NCBI RefSeq assembly: GCF_022539665.2
Contig: NC_081332.1
Location: 7,378,001 to 7,442,000, forward strand
Direction of reading: 5' to 3'
Origin: Daphnia carinata
Taxonomy: Eukaryota
DNA: 64,000 nucleotides
Shown here piece by piece: positions 14,161-27,715 of the stretch. The position numbers and the translations under genes were made by a program. The notes beneath the pieces were generated by a model. The model was given only the letters and a program-made list of their open reading frames with translations, searched no databases and was not told the origin of the DNA. Position 1 is the first letter of the stretch, and every line of letters begins with the position of its first letter.

Positions 14161-14800
14161 CAGTGCTGGTAACTTTGGGCCCGTCCAGAGCCAGGGGATA
14201 GGTGGCGCTAGCGTATTCTTACGCCATTTTTAAGAAAATCTGAAGTTGCCCGTCGATCCTCTCTCTGCCCGTCAAGCCACTCTTTGCTCGTCAAACCACT
14301 CTTTGCCCGCCTAACCACTTTCTGCCAATCAACCCACTGTCTGCCCGTCAACCCACACTCTTCCCGTCAACCCACATGCTGCCCGCAAAAATGCCTGTTG
14401 GGGGCACATCTGCCTTTTTTTGCATTTGCCCACCCTTTTGTCACAGTCTTCGCCCGTCAAAACGCCCGCTATAGTTGTCCGCCCACCCACATTTTGCTTC
14501 TGCTCGCTAAGAAGCCCGCTGTTATTCCCCGTCGACTATCTTGCTGCCCGTCGGCCCACTCGCTGGCTGCCAAAACGACTGATATAGTTGCCCATATACC
14601 TTTTGCTTGTTTTTGCCTGTCTTTCCCTCATAGTCTCAGCCCAGAAACCGTCTCAGTCCCTCTGCCCGTCTTGTCTCGAATAGTCTCTGCCCGTCAACCC
14701 CCTTTGCCCACCAAAAAACCCGCTGTAGTTGCCCGTCTTCCACAGTATAGTCTCTGCCCGTCGGCTTACGTACTGTCGCTAACCCGTTTTAAGCTAAGCC
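14161..14800. mobile_element. Probable DNA transposon end (hAT-like) with a subterminal repeat array
   Basis: Begins CAGTGCTGG. About 9 perfect and several degenerate GCCCGTC motifs follow over ~600 bp. No matching opposite TIR was found. Confidence 0.45.
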
Positions 14801-16969
14801 CATATAAGCTAAGACTGGAAAATTGCCTAAACCCACATTTACTCCCACATTTTAGTCTTCCAAATCCCCATCCCACCAATTCACTACAGCCGACAGCGGT
14901 TTTGACGTAGTCCCCTCGCCAGCCAATCACAGCAAATGCACAGCGTGACAGACTCCTCTCCCAATTTCTGTGTTGCTTTATAGAGTAGAGATGTGAATAA
15001 TTATGACATTTAATTTTTCTCATTTACCATAAATACACCTGTGTGTACAGAGGGAAGTAAAAAATTTCTGTGAAATTTATTATTTCACTGGGGTAATAAA
15101 AAAATTTCCTCAGTTCAAATTATCCCAGGGGTATTGCGATAGGCGGAGGCCTCTGTAATGAATTCAGTAATAAAACTGAAACAAAATTGTCCCAAGGAGA
15201 TCAGTGTATGCGCGATAAAACGAACATCGCGAAAAATTCAAAGTTTTTATGAAATAGCAGTTGCATAAGGCCGAACGAGAGCTTAAAAAATGATTTTTGA
15301 CGTCCCTCCTCCGCCAGAAATAGCCTGAAATTTTCAAAAAAGAAGCAATAAGAAAAAGAAAGAAAACCTCACCTCTGAAAAGAAGAAACAGCACCTCTGC
15401 AATTTTTACAGAAGTGCTCGTCGAGATCTATCGATTTATGTACAATTTACCTTGAGAAACATGGAAAGAAAAATTGTGAAAAGAATTCGTTAATCCCTCT
15501 TTTTAAGTTGGCCGCTGCCTCGCTGAGGTACAATCCTCACATTATCGTTATATGGAGCTAGTGATTTCTTTTCCTGGGAATTGCCTAGATGAGGTAACCG
15601 CCAATAAGCTTTATTTTTTTGAGGGAATGCCTGTTGTTAGAAGGAAGAGTGAAAAAACAACGTAAGAAATTTTACTACAGTATAGTCTTATTATAGAAGA
15701 GAATTGCTCTATATCAGTCAACGGGAAAAGGCAGATTTTTTATAGTCACTGTAGTAATTGTGTCCTAACTGCCTTACATTCTGGTTGAAACTGGTTGTAT
15801 TGGTTAGGCCCTACATTGGATGACAACTAAATGTAAACTGGCAATACAATATAACATTTTCCTTTTCGTAACCAAACAAAGAAGAAGAAGAAGAGTAAAA
15901 AAAAAGCAATCTCGATACGAACATCTGGTTACATGACAAAAGAAACACTGCATGTGGTGGATATTGCTACAAAAACACAGTCATCGTGAAATTGAATTAG
16001 CATAACGTGAACGTTGATCTAAAATAATACGATAGTGGGCTAGTCTAGGAGAAAAAAATGTAACGTGATCAGGACATAATGAATATTGTTGACGGCTAAC
16101 GATTATTTCCATATCAACAAGCGAGACGTGTCACTCTTTCTTCGCTGGAACACACCGAATGCGATTTGTCTGGCCGTTCTTGAGTTTGAAGAATCACCCT
16201 TGCTTTCGTTGAATGAGAGCGTCTCTGGCCTGCTGATTCAAATTCATGTAAGTTCCCAGTGTTGCAAGTGCTGTCATCTTTTGTCAAATTTTATTAGAGT
16301 GCTTGTTTTCCTCTTATTGTATACTTGCCTTTCTACCCCTCGAGGTCAGGTCGAACCTGAGTCGACCTCTGGTCTCTCTTTTAATTAGAGAGCGAGTCGG
16401 GATTTGGCCCGATGTCCGATAAGACCTTAAGAGGGGGCTCTGCTGTCAGCTGGGCACCCTCGCATAAGTCCTTAAGAAGGACCTTTGCGTGAGCTGGCTT
16501 CCCTTCGACGGGTGTCTGTAATAGTATCTTGTGTGCCATTTAGTATAATCCTTGTTGTAATTTCTGTGGCATTGTACATGCACATAAGAGAAACTGTAAC
16601 ACCAGTGTCACACCCCACAAACTCTAGCAGACCTCTCGCCTCCGAAAGACTGCCTGCAGCGCTTCTATACACCACACTATTTAACTTCCGAGGTGTATCC
16701 CATTTGTATCTATCCCGTTTTTCTACGTCTCTCACAGAAAAGGTTTTCAACCATTAATTAAAAATAAAAATATACAAAACATATATATTTAGAGATATTT
16801 TCTTTATTCTTCACCTGATATAACTTTACTTTTTTTATTTTTACGCATAGAAAAGTGTAGGCTGTGATTCTTCTTAAAGACGTTAACACTATAAGAAACC
16901 TTTACTAAATAGGAATTGTTAAAATAGACCTAAGTAAAAGAATATGATATTTATATTTACCTTATTGAT

Positions 16970-19000
16970 CTTATAATTGACGGAGAAGACAGCCTTTCTG
17001 TCACACTTCTCCTACGAATGGCGCAAACACCCGCGAATGTAGAACTCAATGTCATAGTTTTGATTCTCTTTCACCTGGAGACGGGAATCGCACGGACGGT
17101 ACCCATTTCAAAAAATTTTTTAATTAAAAGAACCAACAATGTACATATATAAAAGTATTGGTAGTAACTAAATATGGCAGTATTTTTATTCTACAGCTCG
17201 CTGAAGCAATATTCCCCCCCCCCCCTTTTTTTTTGGTTTTTGCGGCCAATGTGTAAGAAGCGCAAATTGGATCGGAAAAAAGTTTTTTCATCACGCGATA
17301 TACCGCAACATTGAGTGATCGTCCACCTCTTCGTGTAAACACATATTTTTTCGAAAAAAATCTTTCCAGATTATATAAACAAAATTTTTTGAACGTTTTT
17401 GATACATTTTCCGAGTGATAAGCTTTGGGAGCGTAGGAGGCACTCCCAAAAGGAATTGCTACTGTTAGGAAAGAAATCTTGTAAAAAATTGCTAATATTT
17501 GACTTAACAATACTACTAAATTTGTTATCATTCGTTTTTGTCACCAAACTTCTGAGGCCACTTTTGCAAGCCAAATATTGTTGCAGCATATCCAGTGTGT
17601 TGAAATGGCTGTAAGGTTGATGGCGAAACGGATCACCTAATGACGCTGTAGTTTCCTTACTTAAACTGGATCTGAAAATAATAGAATAGTAAGTACTGGT
17701 GAAGAAGATTTTGGAAAAATTTAACTTGTACGATTTTTGAACGTGTTGGAATTTTCTGTCTGCCTCGGATTTTCTTTACGGATTTTCTATCCGTCCATGG
17801 AGCCGGATGATCTAAATCCCATCATCAGCTATAACTTCATCAGTACCTCCTTTTGCAGCTCAAAATCTAATTTCCTGATATGCTATATATTTAAAATAAC
17901 CAAGAATTCGAGTGAAACTTATAGTCATAATTTACTCGCTTATCAATCACCTTGTTCTTAATTAAAAATTTCTGTATTCATGGCATAATCTCTTTCCAAA
18001 TAATCATTGCTTATAGACGTGTTTCCTATTTGCACATATTTTACTTAGTTTTCCTGTAATGCTTCTTCAGAAACAAGAAAATGGATGTAGGGAGATAAAT
18101 CTAAAAAGGTAGGCTACATTACCTTCAACTTACATAGTGGTCAGAGTTTTTGAACTAGGTACAGTGCGAGCTACTATTTCGAAATCCCAATAAAAAAAAT
18201 TCTTCGCGCTATGCTCACTTTGGGAAAGTTTACAGGCTGAGGCCATTGATGGTTGCAGGAGTTCACTGTTGTTGATTTTTAAGAGACGTATTGATGGAAA
18301 TGTTGTAACCCGAATTGTACAACCAAAAATTCCTTCTCGATCTGTAGGGTTCATATTTCTGCTGAATATCAGTCAGAGTTCTGGACGCAAATTCAAGCGG
18401 CTATTGCAGTTGCATAAAAAACGGACCGATTCCTATCGGCGCGGAAGAAAAAATCGAACAATTAAAAGATTAACAAACTAGACTCTGCCGTTTTTACACT
18501 TCCAAATCCATTGCCAGTATTACTGTCCCACTGCCGCTCCGTGTTTGCACTGAGTAACAATCGCAAGAAAGGCATTTTTGAAAAAAAGTATTACAGAACT
18601 TCGATCGTTGGCCATTCCCCAAAAATGGCTGAAATTTTTTTTCAGGTTGGTTGAAAGACGATATGGGCGCTATTATCTCGGGATCTGGGTTCGAAATTCG
18701 TCTCAAATGGCCGATAAGCTTGATTTCCGGTTGACACTTATACACTTATCCATGTTCAGTCTTACTGCCGGTTAACGTTTAAACAGTGACCCCAGTCAGG
18801 AAGTATGTTCTTCGAGTGTCACCCCAAATACAAAAAATTATCAAAGTATACCTCGACTACCGACAAGTTGCTAAATAACTCTACTGCCATTGGTTGATAT
18901 GCTTCAGTAAGAGATTATAATCCAAAAAGCAACACGAAAAACATACCTACCGAATAGGGTAGTTATGGTGGTTAAAAACCTTGACTCTTGCGTCGACTGC
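16970..19000 (-). pseudogene. Decayed, intron-containing DUF4806-like gene (probably a DNA-transposon accessory gene)
   Basis: RGGRSLNVAVYRVMKKLFSDPICASYTLAAKTKKK (~17230-17335) fits the GG...R.M..LF.D....Y....KK pattern of DUF4806. Upstream exon-like pieces contain stops. Boundaries are approximate. Confidence 0.5.
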
Positions 19001-19398
19001 ACTTAAATTAATCCTGAGGTCGCGTCTATTGTAGAGAAGTAACGGACTTTTCCTACCCTTCAAACAATTTCCTGGTCCGACGGAACTTAAATATGTTGAC
19101 GTTTTACTTCCTTGTTTCGATCATACGGGACAAGACTTCCCTATTCGAGTTCTGTGCTACCATCATTGGGCTTACCCAATTTGTTGGTTTACAAACTTTT
19201 ACGATTAACTTCAGATCCGCTATTCATTTGAGTTTGGCTAGTACTGAACTTCTGATTTTAAAAAGCATTCGTTGAACTGGACGAACTATTAGAACGACTA
19301 GTTGCTTGATTTGAGTGTGATGACTTGTTGGTAGTTTGCCGATTGCTCTAACCACTATTGCATACTTATTGAGAGTGGAGTTAAATGAGGCCTGATTA

Positions 19399-20129
19399 TG
19401 TAACGAATCGTCTAGCGAAGCCCCTTCTTACCTTCTTTCTCAATAGACTAGAACCTCATACCTGTAGCCCCTTGTTACTCAGAGCCTTCATTTACTAACC
19501 TAGTTGTAAACTCCCTTAAGAATATAAAAATAATGAAGACATGTCTGGGCACGCTGGCTAAAAATAGATTTATTTCGGTTGGTCCGAGATTGCCCGAAAT
19601 GGCCTAAAACCGCCCGACCGATTTCTAGCTATCGTCCAAATTCGTTCGATACCGCCCGAATTTGCCCGCCTATACCTCTTCATTGCGCCCAAAATCGCCC
19701 GATATCGCCGCCTATCCGTTAACACTGTCCCGTAGGACTCTCACGGTCGATGGCTAACATATAAGAAGCCATCGACAACTCACAGTAGTTAGTCGATCCT
19801 GGAAGAACTATCTCGTGTAGACCTTCAGCGCCCTTCCGAGCCGCTACCTCCTCCTCTCCAGCTGAAGCGTAAGTCTTCTCTTAATAATATTCGCTACTTG
19901 TCTTAGCTATCCATTGGTCGTGTAAGCCAAGTAACTTGATACGCCACTGGAGGCCCTTGCCTTCGATCTGTTCAATCTATTGACTACTTGTAATCTCTTA
20001 ATACACGTTATTCTATCGTACACGTATTGTCTTACGCTTATTTGTACACGACATTGTGAGTAGCAGCGCCGCGTTTAGTTGTATTTTCAGTATTGGAGGC
20101 AACATGACAACGTCGTGTCCTCCTCTACA
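19399..20129 (+). repeat. 5' LTR of provirus A (731 bp)
   Basis: TGTAACGAATCG...CCTCTACA. About 13 substitutions and one 10-bp tandem duplication versus the 3' LTR (counted by eye, ~98% identity). Confidence 0.96.
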
Positions 20130-20131
20130 TC

Positions 20132-20144
20132 TGGTGGCAGCGGT
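20132..20144 (+). promoter_or_regulatory. Primer binding site, tRNA-Leu
   Basis: TGGTGGCAGCGGT lies 2 nt after the 5' LTR and is complementary to the 3' end of tRNA-Leu (…ACCGCTGCCACCA). Confidence 0.85.
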
Positions 20145-20161
20145 TTTTGAACTCACTTACA

Positions 20162-23100
20162 ATGTCGTTGTATACAGGTGCTAAGCCTAAGACAAAACGT
20201 ACCTTTTTAAAAAAAACTAGCAAATCTGATGACACTTCTACAGAAATTTTTGATAACCCCAATTCCACAAACGAATTAACTCAGTCTGTCACTTATATGA
20301 CCTTCGACCCCTTACCCTTTCGGAAAAGATCTACCCGTTCTACACTCAATTACGCACCATTGAACCAAGTAGATAACCCAGAGGCTATTTTACGATCCAA
20401 GCGGATACGCGTTCAGGACACCGATAGCACAAACCTGTCTCTCGTAGAAAAGATTGCTAACTTCTTTTCACCAAAAAAATCGCCGACGAAACAGTCTAAT
20501 TTATCAATAAGTCGTGAAATTCTACACGGAGAGTACATGGAGATAGAGACCATAGCTACCGAATTAAGCCCTATTCTCCCGGCAACACAGACCGCCCTTA
20601 TTCCTGAATCACTTAGCATAAGCGAACCCCCCAAAATCTGTCTAGTAATTGGCGAAGAAGACCAAACACAACTCAACGTCCCGACAAATAATTCGGTTTT
20701 AGAAGAAACCGAACCGGTCAATAAGATCAGCATAGAAAATAACGAAACCATCATACCCCATCACGATTTGGTAGACAATCACACCACAGAAAAAACGAAC
20801 GAAACTATTAGTGAAAACCTAACAAAAAACACAATATCCGACACTCCAAACCCTTCCCCTACAGCTTCCGATTCATTCTTCGAGTTAGTCGATCGCCTCT
20901 CAGGTCACCTCCACATTGCACCACCAAATACCGACACCAACACCCCACCGACAGATATTCCATCACACACGCTCAACTCAACCATAGAAGTCATTAACAA
21001 CCCCATACCTTTTGTACCTTACGTCGGTATCGACGACATCCATGCGGCTCTAAGCCAACACAGCAACGCTATTGGCGGAGACGAAGAGAGCAACGATATC
21101 ATAGAATTCCCCCTAAAAACCGAACCAACGCATGGAAAAGTGGATAATCACCACAAGAATCGTGACATTACACAACCAATACGCCCATACACTTCGACAG
21201 GAATTACTACGTATACGGCCGGCATACCCGCAAGCCAGTGTAATAATCACCTATATAACAACGACACTAGAGGAAAAACCATCCGAACAACAAATTCACT
21301 CCCTGCGACAGGCCATTCGGCGTGCACACCTAGAGATTTGCGACCAACACTCCCACTTTCCACTTCCACCTCACTTTTTCGACCTAATACGCAAACTAGT
21401 CGAACTCGGAAGACGAAACTTACGGAAGTCCAACAAACCGCAAAACAGGCAGCGAACGATCTGACAGTCCTTTTGTGTGCATTTGTGACCGCTGCCTTAA
21501 CCGAAACCAAGTCTATCCTGCACTTCATCAAAACAACGGATCATTTCGTGCAAACAGCACAAGCATTCACAGAAGTGCTCCAGAAGCAAGCACAGCCCAA
21601 GCGCGCGACACACCAGGGAATTCACTCTCTTATACAGCCACTCAAAAACCTTGCAACGATTCTGAACACAAAGCAGCAGATAGCAATCACGCTATTCTGT
21701 ACCAGAATCAGCCAACTGATCAAACCACTGCTAGACCTCAGCCGCGTTACAGTTCTCTTGCCGTCATTGAAGGCCAAAGTTCAGCTTCTCGGAACCCAAA
21801 TACAAACCAACAAGTTTATTATCCTCCACAAGAAATACAAAACCCTTACACTCTCGGGATTGATACTAATCGAGCTCAGCCTCTAGTCCAAATCGACACA
21901 CATACGTCGTATCCGACAGGAACGGACTTCAAGACAACCGAAGGAAATACAAAAACCTGGGAGCTCCACGGCGATCGCTCACCCCCCCAATCGATCGAAC
22001 ACAAAGAGCATTCATTCAAGGGAAAAGAGACCTATAATTTCAATACCGAGAACAATCAAGAAATGGCATCGCCGCCCAATACCCACCGAAAAACCGAACA
22101 ACAAAAAGGCAGGGAAGCTATTACCATGCTGAATCAACTCCAAAATTTTTCGGGGAGTCCCGCCGTCCGCTTCGATCGTTGGATTAAACTTTTCGACAAC
22201 GTCGTCGACATGTCCAACTGGGACAATTCCGAAATAATTAGCATGCTGTCAACTAAAATGTCAGGCGAAGTTTATGACTTATTACAAAATATCTTGGAAT
22301 CTAGCGATACTTACGAGTACGAAGACATAAAAAAACTCTTCCAAGAAAATTACCACGGTTCCGAAGACATCGATTTCTACCAAATCCAGTTCGACGAAAT
22401 ACAACGAAAACCGAAAGAGAATATTTTAAATTACGCCTATAGACTAAAAACTCTCTATAAACGCGATTATCCCTCCAATTACCAAGAAACGCCCGAAGAA
22501 CAAACAACGCAACTAAGATTACTTAGGCAAAAATTCCTGCAAGGACTTGAAGCGGAACTACAAAACATCGTAAGACACAAAATGGTGTCCATTTTGAAGA
22601 GCTGGTGTCCATCACACAGAAATACGCAAAGCGCGTCCAGCCGGATATAATAGAAAAAGACAAACGGATATTTGTTAATGCAGTGACAAATACCCCAAAT
22701 GATACAGCAATATTAAACGCAATCGAAAAACAAAGTGACCATATCAACTCAATCGCCTCTTGCCTGAAAATAGCCACCACGGAACCTACTCGACAAGAAA
22801 CAAACATATCGCCCGAATTGGACAGCAAAATCGACCGCCTAACGGATGTCATTACGAATCTAGGCAACCTCATGCGCACGAACTTCCGACAAGAGAATGG
22901 AAACCATTACCCAATAAGAAACAACCCCAATTATCCCCCTAAACAGGTCAACTTCTCAGACTCCGCCCCAAGTAACACTTTCACTCGCCAAGGCCAAATG
23001 AATGGGTTCCGTCAGCCTTTCACAAATACTTTCGGTAAACACAACGAAAACACCCCAGGTCAACAACCCTCCCAGCAAAACAGGTCGGCGCAAAACGCCA

Positions 23101-23300
23101 CAGGGTGTTCCAACTGCGGACTCACAAACCATAGCATTGAATCTTGCTTCCGATTCCTAAGGCAACAGACAACCCCGGGAACGCCACCTACCTGTTATGT
23201 TTGCCAACAGTTGGGGCATATAGCGAAATTTTGCCCCAATAAGAAAAACTTAATAAGGTCCAATGAAATTAAGGATGCTACGAATCAGGGAAACGAATAA
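20162..23300 (+). pseudogene. gag: gag of provirus A (split over several frames)
   Basis: Capsid-like LQNFSGSPAVRFDRWIKLFD; zinc knuckles CSNCGLTNHSIESC and CYVCQQLGHIAKFC; long N-terminal extension. Confidence 0.85.
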
Positions 23301-26300
23301 GGGCCGGCCTTAGAATAGGGTCGACAGAGAATAGGTCAGTAAGCCCCGAACCATTATCATCAGTCGCAAAAATTACAGCATTCAGTAAATCAGCAGCCCC
23401 ACGACTTTCCGTAAAGATTCACAATACTCCGTTTAAAGCATTATTCGATACTGGCGCGGCTAGGAGCCTATTACATATAGATATTTTTAATCAAATAACG
23501 TCGGAACATCAACTAAGTTGCTCTGAGTCTGACGTAGAATTATACGACGTGCACAATAGGAAACTGTTCACATCAGGGATAGTCTCCCTACCTGTTGTTT
23601 ACGGCGCCAATATACTAGACCAAGAATTTATTGTCACGAATGGTATTTGTGAAGCATGTATATTGGGTTTGGACGCCGCAGACAAACACGAGTTTATTTT
23701 TGATGGCCGCTCTAAAACAATATTCCTCGCCCGTGACAGACCAGAAAGTAAACTAGAAGTAAAACAAGAGGGTTTATTACCGAAGGGCCAAGAGCCAATA
23801 GTTAAAACAACCATGACTTTAGTTAAAAGGGTCTTAATTGCCCCCAGATCTTCTCAAGTCGTGGAAGCCACATTTCAGGAGACTGGTAATATTATGGACA
23901 CCAGTCCTCTCTTTTTATTTTCCCAGAGTATGGATTTACCTGAAGGAATATTTATAGGCGATTTTGTAAATGCTAGGAACAGAAACGGAAGATATCAGAT
24001 CGTTGTGGAAAATAAATCTAATAGGGCACATAATCTGCCGAGGGATAGTCCCCTAGGAGAGGTAGAACTTTCTTGTCAACTGATAGGCAAAGTATCATCA
24101 GGTCAAGAGTCTGCTTCTCAGGCGAATCCTCCCAACGAGGAACACGTACCAGAACCGGATATCAACCCCCAATATAAAAAACCGTTAGCGGCACTTCTTA
24201 GTGAATTTACTGAACTATTTGCGACAAAAGACTCCGGATTAGGGAGTACAGGGTTGATTAAACACTTCATTGATACAGAAGGGAAAGGGCCTATTCGACT
24301 TCGACCTTACCGTACAGGCCAGGGCCAAAAAGAAGAATTAGAGAAACAAATAAAAGAAATGTTGCAAGCGAACGTAATAAGGCATTCAACATCCCCATGG
24401 GCAGCACCAGTAATCTTAGTAGTCAAGAAAACAGGGGAAATGCGTTTTTGTATCGACTATAGGAAACTAAATACCTTAACAAAAAAAGACTCTTACCCAC
24501 TTCCAAGAATTGATAGCACTCTCGATAGACTGTACGGAAAAAATTCTTTACAACCTTGGATCTGGCCTCAGGCTATCGGCAGATCGAACTAGAAGAATCA
24601 TCTAAAGAAAAAACTGCCTTTATCGTAGAAAATAACCTATACGAATTTGTTAGAATGCCTTTTGGATTATGTAATGCGCCGGCTACCTTCCAGCGATTAA
24701 TGAACCATATATTAAGAGATGTTGCAGGTCAGAAAGCCCTAGTTTATTTAGATGACGTAATTATTTTTTCCGACTCCTTCGAAAGCCATCTGAGCGACAT
24801 TCGGGAAGTCTTCTCTTTAATTAAAAACGCAAAAAAAATAAAACGCATAAAAATTAAAACTAAAGAAATGTCAATTCATGAAACAAGCAGTAAATTATCT
24901 GGGGCATATCATTTCCACCGACGGTATCGGCCCGGACCCAGACAAAATAGACAAAATAGCTAATTATAAAGTTCCAACGTCAGCCGAAGAAGTACGATCC
25001 TTTTTAGGATTAGCTGGGTATTATCGACGCTTTATCGAAAATTTCGGAGCTATTGCCCAACCCTTAACCGCAAAAACCCATAAAAATGCATTAAACAGAT
25101 CCTTCGTCTGGTCGGATGACGATCAAAAGGCTTTCGAAAAACTGCGTACATTTTTAATCACTCCCCCACTATTAGCATACCCTAACTTCGACCTCGAACT
25201 TTTATTGTTCACCGATGCCTGCGATTACGGAATCGGCTCTGTTCTTTCACAGATACAACACGGTGTAGAAAAACCCATAGCATGCGCGAGTCGACAACTA
25301 AAACCGGCTAAACAAAAATACGCTACAGTAGAAAAAGAGGCATTAGCAGTTGTATTCTCTATTAAGCATTTCCGACACTACTTGCTAGATAAACCATTTA
25401 CGGTGATTAGCGATCACCGCCCTCTTCAATGGTTGGAAGAACAGAAAGACAACAACGGCAGATTAGGCCGTTGGGCTATTTTATTAGCCGGTACCAACTA
25501 CAAAATTAAGTATCGGCCAGGACGCGTACACCAAAACGCCGATTGCCTGTCACGCCTTCGTCGCTCATATTCATATGGATAACGCAGAAATAGATATAGT
25601 AGCTAGCCAAACTACAGACCCATTATGTCAAGCAATAAGGAAATATCTAGACGCCGGAGTCCTCTCCGACGAGGATGAAAAGAATATGCCAATCTGGGCA
25701 AAAGAAATTAGTTTCTACCAAGTTACAAATAGTGTACTTTACAGAATAGAAACATCAACGGCAAAAAGCCGGAGAAATATTCTGAACCCCCAGGTTATCC
25801 TGCCCCTTACGTTACGACGGGCAGTATTAAAACAAATGCACGACGAACCTATTTCAGGCCACCTCGCTTTCCTTAGAACCTATCTAAAAGTCAAAAATAA
25901 TTACTACTGGCCCACAATGAGAAAAGACATAAAAGAATATTGCTCTGCTTGCGAAATCTGTATTGCAAACACTAATTCTACACTGAGAGCCTTCCTTTTT
26001 CCCCACGAATTAGCTAAATTTCCATTCCAGATTATAGGAATAGACTTTTTGGGTCCGATCCAACCAATATCCCCTAATGGAAATAACTGTATTTGCGTAA
26101 TCACCGATTACTTCACGAAGTACGTCATCGCCGTTGCCCTACCCGACCAAACTGCCCGCACCACGGCCGAATGCGTGTATAAAAATGTTGTATTGACCCA
26201 CGGGGCCCCCACTAGCTATCGTCTCTGATAGAGGACCGAATTTTACCTCCGGTCTATTTAAATACTTTTGTAAAAAACTTAACATCGAACAAAGATTCAC

Positions 26301-26810
26301 TACGGCATATAACCCAGCAAGCAATGGGGAAACGGAAAGATTTAACCGAACCCTCACCACGATGCTAAGAAAAGAACTCGTAGATGGGCAACATCATAAT
26401 TGGGAAGATGTATTGGGAGAAATCTGTTTCGCATACCGCGCCTCCGTTCACTCCTCCACCAACGAGTCACCTTACTATATGATGCACAGCCGTGACTGTA
26501 ACATGCCTATAAACACAATTCTGGGAGCAACTCCTGAAGCCATACCCTCATCATGTGGTTACGTCGATACACTGCTCGAAAGACTACGATATAGCTTTCA
26601 CCGGACACGGGAAGAAAATGAAAAAGCCAGGGAACGCCAAAAGGAACAATACAACAAAAGGGCCAAAATATTTAATTACAGACCGGGAGATCGAGTCTTA
26701 TTAGATGTCCGGGTGGTGCAAAAAGGAGACAACAGGAAATTTACATCGAAATTTCGAGGCCCTTATCGCGTCGTCAAAGTGTACTCAAATCGCCCAGTGG
26801 ACATAGTAGT
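23288..26810 (+). pseudogene. pol: pol of provirus A (PR-RT-RNaseH-IN), several frameshifts, IN C-terminus deleted
   Basis: LFDTGA protease (~23441), YLDD, FTDACDYGIG, HDEPISGH...CEIC, DF/SDRG/ETER and GPY motifs. Frame breaks near 24545, 24840, 25560 and 26210. Confidence 0.92.
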
Positions 26811-27528
26811 CTTCCAGACGACCACTCCCCGTCCGAGAAGATAGGCCAGGGCCTCTCGGATGAAGATTTAGACGCCTACTTCTCGAACCCCGGCAGCCTG
26901 AACCATCTGGTCGAGGACGAGGCAGGGAACACTGACTTGGGGGAAATTTCTCGCCCTAGACCGCTATGTGGCCTGTCTGAAGAACGGCACTAGCACAAGG
27001 AAATGGACGCCGTTCGGCCTCCCTACCATGGAATGGCCACCCTACGGCTTCATCACGATAGCGAAAAAAGCGACCGACGACAACAAACTACGGTCAACCG
27101 GCCAAGGTTGGCTGCCCACCAAAATGGAGACAATTTTACTGATGTTTTGTGCAATCCTCTTTATTTTTGTATTGTTTTTCTTTAAGTAATAACAAATAAA
27201 AAAAAAAAAAAAAGAACCCTTAAACTTCTTTTCTACCCTTGGATTTATCATATATATATATAAAAAAAGTAGTAACAATAAAGAAAGAAATGATTAAAAA
27301 AACAAACAAACAAACAAACAAAGTAAAAAAAAAAAATAAACGAAAAAAAAAAAAATAACTAAACAACAAAAAAAATATATAATAAACAAAACAAAATAAC
27401 ATAAAACAGTGCATATACGAACTCCTCCTACTTCATATGTATTCCTTTTTTTTCATGTGCCGAACATACGCCGCATGACGTATGACGCGCCACCTATAAT
27501 TTCCTCGCCACACGCCATCTTCCAAAAA

Positions 27529-27715
27529 CAGCATTGCCATGTCTCCCCAACCATTTTCTCGCATCCTTTACTTTCAAAAAAAAAAAAAAAGGCAGCATTG
27601 CCATGTCTCCCTGACCATTTCCGCGCACCCACCCTATTTTCCACAAACAGCATTGCCATGTCTCAACAAACGGTTCCTCGCCCAATATATTCCCTCAGCA
27701 ACATTGCCATGTCTC
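27529..27715 (+). repeat. Four spaced copies of the 17-mer CA(G/A)CATTGCCATGTCTC in the pol-env intergenic region
   Basis: Copies start at 27529, 27593, 27648 and 27699. Confidence 0.85.

Noticed and set aside
14284..14910. 208-aa ORF
   Set aside because: Non-ATG start; it is a translation of the GCCCGTC repeat array with no recognisable domain.
15000..16900. Possible additional transposon ends (CACAG... motifs) or a solo LTR
   Set aside because: No correctly oriented TIR pair or TSD could be established by eye; left unannotated.
24535..26215. Frame breaks in provirus A pol as programmed recoding
   Set aside because: Most fall in homopolymers or a local duplication and all are absent from the homologous, open pol of provirus B; they reflect decay or consensus error.
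27529..27715. CRISPR-like repeat-spacer appearance
   Set aside because: Eukaryotic retroelement context, no cas genes, a 17-bp non-palindromic repeat, and spacers that resemble each other: this is a diverged tandem repeat.
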